NCBI GenBank assembly: GCA_965203295.1
Contig: CBDBCZ010000011.1
Span: 64,001-128,000 of the forward strand
Direction: 5' to 3'
DNA from: Nitrospirales bacterium
Lineage (GTDB): Bacteria > Nitrospirota > Nitrospiria > Nitrospirales > UBA8639
Length of the DNA: 64,000 nt
The notes beneath the pieces are model-generated. The model saw only the letters and a program-made list of their open reading frames with translations. It did no database searches and was not told the DNA's origin. Shown here one piece after another: positions 51,101-61,859 of the stretch (its first letter is position 1; every line of letters begins with the position of its first letter). The position numbers and the translations under genes are program-made.

Positions 51101-54100
51101 CAGCTTAGAAGATACCATGCACTTCAGCCAACCATCTTTTCACCATCATTTGTTTTTTTAATCCTCTCACTCAACCTCTGTGCACACTCCAATAAATTAC
51201 ATCTGTGTCTACTAAAGGTGCGTCTGTTGTTGGTTATACTCTTATCCCAGCTGGGAACTTTGACAGATTCTAGTATACATTATTATAACTGACAAAATCA
51301 TCAACCTCAGGGAATCCTTAGACAGGATGATATCTGATCAAAGTGGGCATACAAGTTGAAACCAGTTTTAGCCCAGCTTAGAAGATATGGTCAACACATA
51401 ATCCAACACCTCGTCTCCATAATGAAAAGGTACCAGGTGATTATCTTACTAACCCCACGATTTTGAATCTATAGTCATTTTGTATCGATAGTGAAGCTGC
51501 TGAAACAAACATTGACCATATATATAACACTTTTTGCTTGAATGAATCACCAGCCGGTGCTAGGAAATCTGTAAAATGAGGAAAGGCAAGCAGTGGTGGG
51601 ATGATGAGTTGAAACAATCTAGACTGTAGTATGGTTAAAAACAATACAAACTCAAAACCACTTATGTGGCAACACAAAAAAAGATTTGATAGAAAAAAAG
51701 AGAGAGTTAAACAGGATGCAAAGGTTCTTAAACTGCTCTCGAGACAATTTTGGTGAGATATAAGAAGCTTAGGTACAGGTAAGCCCACAAACATACCGGC
51801 TGAGGTAAAACTAGAAGATGGGAGCATTTGTCTGATAAAGAGGTTGTTCTGTTTAAGTGGTATAATTTTCCCTTAAACAATGATCATTTAGCTAGTTAGC
51901 AGCTCACTGTACAACTTGATCCGGACTGGGGTGGCATTCACTCTGTTAAACTTAATGTGCAAATTACCAGAGAGGAGGTTGAGTCTGCTCTTGCACCCCA
52001 GGCATAAACCAATTGGGGTAGTTAGTTTCAACCTTATTTATCTCAATCATGAGGCCCTAAGTACCGTTTTAGTAGCTATTATTCTTCAACCACTGCTTCT
52101 TATCTGCAATGTGTCCTGGAAAAGAGCTATAATTTTCTCTATTCCTATAGGCAGAATAACAAGCAGAATCCTTTAATTGGCATTAGTTTGCCAGTGTGCA
52201 GTCTTGAAGCTTTCAGTGCTCTTTGACCTACAGAATGGCTTCAGACCCAACAGGTCCTGTCAAGAGTACATTATCACTCTTTATAACATTGCCATAATTA
52301 AAATTGGAAGTTGAATGGTAAAGGCACCAGTCCTTCTGTTGCATTGTAGACATTTGAAAGGCTTTTGATAGTGTAGACAGAAAAATCTTCTGGCAAACAC
52401 TTCTACAAAATGGAGTACATGCATGACCCTTTTCTAAACACCCTTAAGTGTACGTACGCAGGATTTGAATGTGCAGTACAGGTAGATGGTTACTGTACAC
52501 ATTGGTTTAATGTCAGTAATGGAGTTCAAAAAATAGCTGCTACATACCCTCAGAAATATGACATTATTTTAGTTGTGCACAAAGACTGGTATTTAAATTT
52601 AATAAACGACGACCACAATCTTCATTTTTTAAAATGTGGGAATGATCTTATACAATATTATCAAGTACTTAGAACTGCGTGTGGATTAATCTATACCTTG
52701 ACACTAAAGAAATGGTTGGCAGAGTAAACTTAGCTGCTTGTCGTGCATTAAGTTGTTTAATAAGTAAAGCCAAGGCATCGGGTGTACTTACGTAGTTATA
52801 ACACTTACACATGACACTTTGGTAGCTTCTGTTATAGTTGTTTATGGGGATCTGAACATTACAATGCATTAGGAGTAACCCAGATAATGCCCTGAGATTC
52901 TTCCTTGGAATTGGTAGGAGCCATCCCATTATTGTCCTTTAAGGAGACAAGGGTTTTGGATCCCTGTAGGATCAGTACATTAAATGAACCCGTTCTCAGA
53001 ATCAAAAACCCAAATATTGTGATTAAAAAGGTGTTTGCCTGGTCAATGAGACTTGCTTGAAGATTAGGCATTTTCAGATTCCTAAGGTTCCCCTGGAGTG
53101 CCAGGTCTGTCTGGTTTGCATTATAGATATCACGGAGGTCATTTTGTTATGGTCTGTAATCAACTGAAACCAATTTTAAGAAATAAATAACTATATTATA
53201 TTACACTAACATACCCTTTTTTCATGCACCTAAACCCTTTTAACATGTCAGAACTTAATTCTAAATGCTTTAATGTTTACTCATGAGGTATGCAGTCACT
53301 CACATACTGGTATAAGCCATATTATGTTATTTTAATGGACATGTCATTTTTGTTGCTTGCACTCAGGTATCTCTCCCACTTCCAGTAATGTATGATTTGG
53401 TCCTAGAGTGCTAATTATTGCTGGTATCAGACTTGTTGTACCTTTTTTCACAGTCAAATGCAGTGAATTTGAAAGCTATGAAAAAGATGATATTTTATCT
53501 ACCTGTGAGGTATGTAAAATAAATGTGTATGCAGCTATGCAATTTAGTTAGATTGATAATCATAGTGGACATTCTCTTTCAAGGCTGCAGCATCACAGCT
53601 ATTGGCTATCAATGCAGAATACCCTGGCTTGTTGACTACATTTTCAGCACATTTGATCAACACGTGGACGCAGTTTGACCAAAAGAAAATATCCATCGCC
53701 GTCTTTGGCCACTTGGCATCTGGAAAAAGCATGTTGGTGAATGCCATACTAACTGACAGGTAAGTAGTATAGTGTTGGGAATAGTGTGGGGAAAGGAGTT
53801 AGGTGGTCCAATGTGTGTCAATATACTTTGATGTACTTTGTCTACAGAGCCTACACTGTTATGTAAAAATTACCAGTAAGTTTACTTCACCCAGCAAGTG
53901 GTGATTTTAACAACTGAGCAGGTAACCTCCCTGCAAATAATGTTGCCATTAGCCTGACTGCATTAGCCCTCATTTTTAACAGTGCACCATAGTAGAACTG
54001 TGCATTTGATACATCTACTATGGTATATTCTACAACTCTCGAGCTACTCGTAGGTCTGCTTCACGGGTATACTAAAGCTTCCAAAGGGCCTGCATGTCCA

Positions 54101-57100
54101 GACAATGAAAACGAATACTTATCGTCTACCTCCAAAACGCAAAGAACCGACTTTAGAATCATACTCTATGCGAAAAGTCTTCATTTTCAGTGTCTGGACA
54201 TGTACCCTATAGACCTACAGATACACCCCGTGGCTTTAGCAGCATCTGTTTCTCGGATTTGGATGGATTTACCGTGAATGTATTTAAAGCTGCTAAATAA
54301 ATGTAGTACCTGTCGCTATGGTGAATAAACTGCACGCATCGGCAAAATGTTGTTTCTGGGTTTTTTCTAGTCTTTATCCACTAGCCTTGCATAGTTTTTG
54401 TGGCCTTCTATTGCCGTGTTGTCAACATCGCAATCATGCACGGCCATGATATTACTCTACTTTTGTTCCGGTTGGGCTTAAGGAAAAAACTATTTAGCCA
54501 TTACAACTTATGTAGTTACGAGGGCGAGGCGCCTGGCCAGGCTGTACCAGTACCATGTCTAGAAGAGCAAGGTTATGCTCTATTATCTGTGGTCTAGGCA
54601 TGAGACTCAGCTCAGTAATGATGGGGCAGAGCATCATAACATAATAATGTGGCTAGGCTGGCTGTACTGAAGCAAAAATACACATACTGTATTGGCCATT
54701 CCAGTATTCCATCATTCCAGTATTCCAGTGATCCATTCTAGTCCACCGAATAAAGACTCCCAAATCAACAATGCCACCTGTAACACATAATCTCTGTGAC
54801 AAGTTTTAGTCATTTTGAAATTTTACACTTCCAAATGCTAGTTCTTATACATGAGCAAACAATGCAAGTCCTCAGCAGCCTTTTCAAGTATTTATACACT
54901 CACCTTTTTCAGCAATATCATATATGAAAACTCGTGCTACTTACCCGTGCATTGTTTAAACGGAACTGCATGGTGTTGTTTTTTAGGATTCACGTGTCTT
55001 TGTGGATTACTTCCACTGGAAGGGGCACATTAGTTACTCTTCTGGGTACTGTCTGGATCAATACAATCCCAGCAACATCAAAGAAATAAACTCTAAACAA
55101 GCCAGTGCAGGACTCCAACATATAAAGAACATATGCATGACCAGCATCTGATTATGTTTTCGTCTTTTTCCTTAAAAATCCAGACATGAATACATCTTAC
55201 TCTTAAACATGACATTTTACTGGATGGGATGGAAGTGTCAATAACTTGACTTTTAGCCATTTATTACTAAAAATAGTGATTTTGATGCAGTCAGAGTGTT
55301 ACCAGAAATGGAAAGTATAAAATTTATGTTTAATACTATGATTTTCATCTACTGTAGTGTGTTACCAATTGGGAAAACTGTCAAGTCTGTAGAGGTCAGA
55401 ATCAGGAATAATGGGCAGGTTCACAAAGGTCATTGCCCAAAGTATGCTGATGGCAAGGTACGGTAGATACATTTTCCCAGTATTTTCAGCACTAAGCGCA
55501 TGCGCCTTTTTTATAGACCTGCCAACAGTGTCCAGTACTACTTCGGGTAAGAGGCTCAAAGCTGGTTGAACAAACAAGAGGAGCGAGCAACATAGCAGAG
55601 AGTCTCCATAAAATTGATGAAGCAAAGGTTATTACCCCATATCATTTGTATAATCATGCATTCGGCATACTTTTTTGGCTAAAATGATTCTACTTTACTG
55701 GAAGACTAAGTGCCCATCAATGATCAGCATTGTGTGCATGCAATGTAAGGTGTTTCTAAAAATGCCTAGGCTGTTATTCCTTATTCCAGTGTCTCTGTTT
55801 GCCCACCGTTCTTTTGCCTGCTTTTGCACCTGGCAATATTTAGTTATTCCAGAGACCATTTTTACACAAGTGCATTTTTTTTACCTCAGAAAACAGACAC
55901 TAAACCCAGTTTTATCATTGAAGGCTTTGCACCCATACTGGATACAGCATGTATCCCTCCATGGAAGGTGTACCTGATTGAAAATGCAGGATATAAAGAG
56001 CTCAAAAGCTGGAAAGAGCTCCAGAGCCAGGATGAAGAGTTCATAAGCCAAGAAGAGCTCCAAAGACGAGAAAAAGAGTGCAAAAGCTGGAAAAAAACCA
56101 ACAGGGAAGAAGGAAACAGGATTATACGTGAGGTGAAGGCAGCAAAAGCACACATCTTCACACTTCCATACAAAGACAGACAGAACAAAGCTCATTATGA
56201 ACTGTTGGGAAGGTTACTGGAAGCTGATGAGTGTAAGATCCTAGTTTTTGTGTATATATAATTATTCATTAAGGAAACTCTTTAATAGGTGTACATGTAG
56301 AAGGAATGGCTAGTATAAGCTTTCATTTCAGGTAGAATACAATTGTCACATGTGTCTTCAGCCTGTACACCCCAAGGACCAGGAGTTAATTAACGTTACA
56401 TGCAGTAGTGAATGTAGAAGCTAGCTAGCTATTTGATAGGTAGATCCCTACAAGTTCTATGTGGAAGCGGTTAGGAGGATGAGTCCTTATAAAGATATTT
56501 AATACTGTGTTCATGATATTATGTGTTGTGTTTAAGAGTCATTTGCATGGGATATGTCAGTGAGTGACAGGGTTGGCTATCGTTATTATGAATTCTTTTT
56601 TAGTCAAGCATATACCTGGTTCTCATATCCCACAACTATTACGAAGACAAGAAGAAATCAAAACTATCTGATCATCATGATACTGCTTGGGCTTTCTCAT
56701 CTCAATTTACACACAGTACACAGATGCGACTAACATCAGCGCTAGCATTGTAGCAGTTCAATTAATATGTGGCAGTCTTATTCAAGTCCCCATTTTTCAG
56801 CATGTTACTAGCTACTCACAGACACATTATCTGGGCCAGGTAAACTGCAGCACTTTGCTTTTGGAGGGTCATAAATACCCCTTATTAATTCTCTCCCATG
56901 GGTATATCAATGGAGAATATAAAGTTTCGTGATTGGTGATTGCTGATGGTACTGCTGAATTAAAGTAGTTTTTCTTTGCTGGAGCCCTATGAGTTCTCAG
57001 TACATGGTGATAGGACAAAATGAAAGATTGCTAGAGCTACAAACTGATGAAACAACTTCTTAATTGAAATCATACCTACCAAATGGCTTGCAAAGACTAC

Positions 57101-60100
57101 CATCAGTCAACTACCCTGTGTTTATTCTTAGACAAGATGTGAATCAACAGCTTTTTTGTCAACAAAGAGCATGCACCACTCTCCAGAACGGAAAGTACAG
57201 TTCAGTACTATCTAGGCAACTGAACTGCTATACAGTCGTACAGCACAACTACCATGGATCATACATAATGCACTGCTGGTACATATTTGGCTTAGCTGAA
57301 ATTAATAAATGTTATCCACATTTGTGCTTCAACAAAATTTAATGCACTCCAAAAAAATCCTATATGTCTGTTCCTTCACCCATTATTTACATCTCCTTTA
57401 ATCTCTACAATACCAACCTACACACATAGCTGAAATTTACTCATTGATGTATCGTGTTCTTCATTCTGCAACGTAATGTTATTTGGATGGTACTATTGTA
57501 TAGCAAACATTTATTCAGTAGCAGCTTTGTATGACTAGTTTGTGGTATTGTAATTATAGACTGCGTTCTTCATTTACTTCACAGCTGTTTTCAGGGAGAA
57601 CCGAATTACCATTGTAATTACCTTCTTTGAAGAATTTTATAAAGATGACCAGCACCCCACTGTCGAATCAGTCAAAGATGGTATTTATTGCAGGATCAAG
57701 GATAAAGTGCATGCAGGTGACAAACCAAAGTTCCTGGATTGTCTAGTTACAGTTTGTGGAGAGTGGGCAAACACTGCCCGAAAGTTTCAGAGCATGCCTT
57801 TGAAGCAGTTGGAACTATTGGATGAGTTGGAGCAGTTGGAGGAACAGAACCAGTTGCAGCAGAGGCAAAAGAAGCAGTTGAAGCAATTGGAGAAGTTGAA
57901 GGAATTGAAGCAGAGAGTGGTGTGTTACTTAAGTGTATATGAGGACGCTACAGGTACTAGTGGCAGGGATGGAAAGTTAAATGCAGTGAGCATTGCTAGT
58001 AAACTACTAGCTGCAAGTGGGATCAAAGTTGTGGAGCAAAGGTACAAATAGTGAAACAAAATATTCTCTGTGGTATATGTATGGTATATGTATATTATAC
58101 ACATCTATTTTTCCAGAGTTATGAAAATGGCAGCAGCTTGCAGTGAAGATTCAGTTATGGTACTTTGCAGTAGCTTTAACCGGAATCTGAAAGAAGCAGC
58201 TGATTACTTGGATGCTTCTTCCACTGCAATAAAGGGACGTAATGAAGGTATTAAATACTTATTGTAAGTACATTAACTGGGCCCTTACCATGAATGATGA
58301 AAGTATGTAATACAGTGCCAAGACTAAAATTTATAAAAATCAATTTTAAATTGTAAAGTATGGACCAGTTTATAGTGGAGATGAAATATTCCTTTTGTCT
58401 ATGCCTGCCAGAATTGTAGGGAGGTTGCGTAGTTGTCAGAAAGTGTATATTAGGTTGGTGTTTGGTTAATTTAGTGATATTTTGGTATCAAGTTTTCTGC
58501 ACCTAACTTTATCATTGAATTGTGTGTTGATTACTTTTCATGTCAGAAAAGAAAAGTGAATATGAAGCCTACTATGAAACCATTGACAAATATCGTAAGC
58601 AGCTCACTGCCAGAAGTGATGCCAAGCATGTACAAAAGAGTGTGCAGTGCCCTGAAAGTATAGAGGTAAAGCATGTTTGTTCTTCTCCCCTTCCATGTGT
58701 TATGTAACATGCACAGCACGCTTATATATGATTGCACATGCAAGTACTGTGTATAGCTTCATAACAAAGGTATAGATCCCCTGAAGCTGCATGACACTAC
58801 CTAGGGAGATTGGCACTGAATTAACTGAATAACATTACCCCTTTCAGTACAAGGGATACTATTATCCAGCTAAGAGAGCCTCATAATTACGTATCAACAA
58901 GCACAAAAAGTAAACGACACAAGAGGAGGAGTACTTGCTGTGTTTAGATGATATAGGTTAGACTTCTGAATCTCAGCTGTTCACTGCCATTCTCAGTGCC
59001 TCTTAACTTTAAGGAACCCGAATGGAAAAAGTGTAAAACATTGCAACCAGTATTAAGTTGTTCAGCCCTTTTTTCCCGCCATAAAGTACCTTAAGGATTC
59101 TGGGGTCACATATATGAACTTTCAACAGTTATCTCCAAAAGCTACCTCCTATATTTCACATGGTCACAAGCATATAAAGCCATTCTGTACTCATCCGTCT
59201 TTCATATCTTGCAATGATAAATTTTCCCCATGAAGTAGTGATGTGGATGGGCGGACATTTTTAAATCATGAAATATTTCTTTTGACATGAATCTTCCCAA
59301 ACTACATGGTGTATGAATGGCTAACGATCTATCTGATTCCCATAGTTGGTTAATATAATGGCCCCCATGCAGGAAATTGGAATGAAGAAATGTCAGGAAG
59401 TTTTGACTCAAGCATCTGAAAGCGGTAATCTATACTTTGAAGTGTATAATTGACTTGTAATTGATTCAGAAGCCACTTAGCAAATTAGGTAATGATTACG
59501 ATGTGTCAGAAAGAATGGTGATAAGTATTATTATACAAGCAGTGGAGTTATTAATTGTGTATTCTCATATACAGATTTGCCCAGCTTAGAGAAAGCATTA
59601 AATGAGGAACTGAATGATACAAGTATGTTTCAGAGTGCCTGGGATGTATGTTATTCCCACTCAACCGATGTTACCAAGATTCTGGAATCAATGCGAGAAA
59701 CTGCCGCTCGTGTGGTCCAACCCAGATCTAGAGCTCGAACAATAGCCCTGCAAGCGACAGAAGCTGGGCAGGTGCCTGAGAATGACGCTACTCCAACAGT
59801 ACTCAATGCTGAAGGTTGGCAGATTTTAAGGATAGATGGTTGGATTTATGACACTATCTAATTACTAATTGCTTCTCTTTATCCTTCAGATTTTGTGAAA
59901 AAAATTCTAAAGAATACTGGATCATTCAAAATTAGTGAAAACAAGAGAGCCACTCCGTACGTGACATTCTTTCTTGTCAATAACTTGTGCTATTCCCATA
60001 AAGTTTTACACCTATCCAGCTGCAGGCTGTATGCTTCAACAATTGAACTTAATGTTAGCTACAAAAACGTAGCTGTGAAGGCTAAATCAGAAAGAAGCGT

Positions 60101-60997
60101 ATTATACTAATTAGTTACGGATTGGATGTTTCCAACCTAGCTGAGGTCAAAGTTATAGCAGTGTCATATACTGGATAAGTTTGTATCCATAATGAGCTGA
60201 CCAAGGTATTACGCAGTGCTGAGCAGTGGGCCTGCAGGGAATTTTGTTTACAAAGTGCATAACCAAAGTTGGGGCATGCCTCGTGACCCAACCTTTGGAA
60301 AGCCATGCAGTAAACACTATATCCTGTTGCTATATTATACTTGGCAACTCGGACCTGTAAAAAAAAGAGCTGGGGAGTGGGTCTGGGAGCGAGGCTAACT
60401 ATTATATTATGCCATGAATCACATGGGTATGTGTGTGGCTAACCAGAGGGAAGGTTTTGTATTCGAATACACTAGTTGTAAGAAGCCAAGCCGTTGAAGG
60501 TCAAAAGATGTGTTTTAATTTACATGTGCAGAGGTGATCAGTTCAAAGAAAGTATTTTGGAGGACTTCAGAGTCTACATGCAAAGTGTGGTGCAACATAC
60601 CCAAAAGGTACTTTTTTAATTTTATGTTTATAAAATAATACTGCCCATAGCACTGATATTAATTAATACTTTTTATACTGTAGTACATGGAAGAATACTG
60701 GCAGACTGTGGTGAAAAATGCCATACGCAGTTTTGACATTGAGTTTAATAAAGAGAGTCTAGATCAGAGAAATGAAGAGGTTAGTTTTGCTTTGTTACAA
60801 TACGTAATGCACTTTAAGCTAATGTATGTGTATCTGTACTGTAGTTGACATCTGAGACTGAAAGGTGGTCTATTGAAGCAAAACACATCGAAGAATACCG
60901 AGACCATCTACACAGCCTGAGAAATTACCTTGTAGTGAAAGCGGAAGATTGCCGAGTGAAAATACAAAAAATGAAAGAAAGAAACCTTGTATACTAA
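48188..60997 (+). CDS. Dynamin-like GTPase gene 2 (paralog of gene 1, degenerate G motifs)
   Basis: Exons: 48188-48290 (tentative), 53454-53509, 53584-53759, 55358-55457, 55517-55627, 55890-56232, 57585-58041, 58117-58247, 58547-58665, 59470-59488 (tentative), 59575-59814, 59890-59956, an unresolved part, 60532-60607, 60683-60779 (approx.), 60845-60997. G1 is VFGHLASGKSMLVNA. Shared with gene 1 are the TCE|A junction, TRGA.NI and SGIK..E, and identical 176-nt and 131-nt exon lengths. Confidence 0.72.
49107..49200 (+). mobile_element. HINE-like 5' end
   Basis: ttttttaccagcc...aggctggta hairpin followed by gtctgtttgtttgtgtgtgcgtctg. Confidence 0.4.
49383..49799. mobile_element. AcademH-type MITE
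   Basis: TIR tagtctcgcgggccagactaacttttcgccg / cggcgaaaagttagtctggcccgcgagacta, with an exact 9-bp TSD aactggagg (49374-49382, 49800-49808). Confidence 0.9.
50660..53160 (+). pseudogene. Old decayed LINE (APE and RT remnants)
   Basis: STKGASVVDYTLIP (APE end), QNGFRPNRSC and KAFDSVDR, with many stops. Confidence 0.6.
50841..51385. repeat. ~272-bp tandem duplication within the LINE relic
   Basis: Units 50841-51112 and 51113-51385 are nearly identical. Confidence 0.9.
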
Positions 60998-61859
60998 TTA
61001 ATGTAAAGAGTCTCGACCTGTGACTGTATGTATAGTTTTATGAAGCTATAAGTGGCTCTCCTAACACTACATAGTAATACTAATGTTGTGCAGCCTTGTT
61101 TTAGATTTTGTGCTATATATAGCCACTTTTGTAGCATTTTATTTGTGTGAAAAAAATAGCCAGATATACACGTAGTGTAGCCTCCTTGGGCATGTAGTTA
61201 TGAAATTAGCTGTATGTGTTATTCTGCTGTGATATGTAGAATACACCATAGTACGTATTATTACTTATTAAAGTTATTATAGTACATTTAGTAGTTTATA
61301 GTAGTTTTAACCCTTTTTAACATTTTCGCCCCTTTTTTAACCTTTATACTTTTACGTGTTGTACATGCTACTGTAATGAGTGCATTGAGTTTGGATAGAG
61401 ATGCCCTTCTAGTTTAATATCACTGTTAATAGTTAATATCACTGGACATTGGTATGGACTTGGCCATTTATTTTGATATTGCTAGAAATAATGCTTTCAT
61501 CTTCAGAGCAACTTTAGGGAGGAGGGGATAATTAATCATGGCCCCTTTGATTCCCCCATTCCAAATGTCACTACGGTGGAACCTCCCATAACGGACCCTC
61601 CCACCAGTGGATAACCTCCCTATAGATGATACCAGCTGTGGCACCGATTGAAATTACTATAGCGCTAGTGTATAAGAAACCTTCCACGAGTGGACGCTTC
61701 TTAATTCCGGTGTCATAAAATCTTGGGGCGCCCGGTAAAATAGGGACCCCTTTGGGAAAATGGGGACCCCGTCCAATCTTGTTTAGGTGGCATCTGACGT
61801 ATACGATGATAGTCCTTACCGGTACAATGTACATGTATCCAGCAAAGTAACATCTCTAT

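Noticed and set aside
53252..53384. Candidate small exons upstream of 53454
   Set aside because: 53252-53287 has a stop in the required phase, and the 18-nt candidate at 53367-53384 has no support without transcripts.
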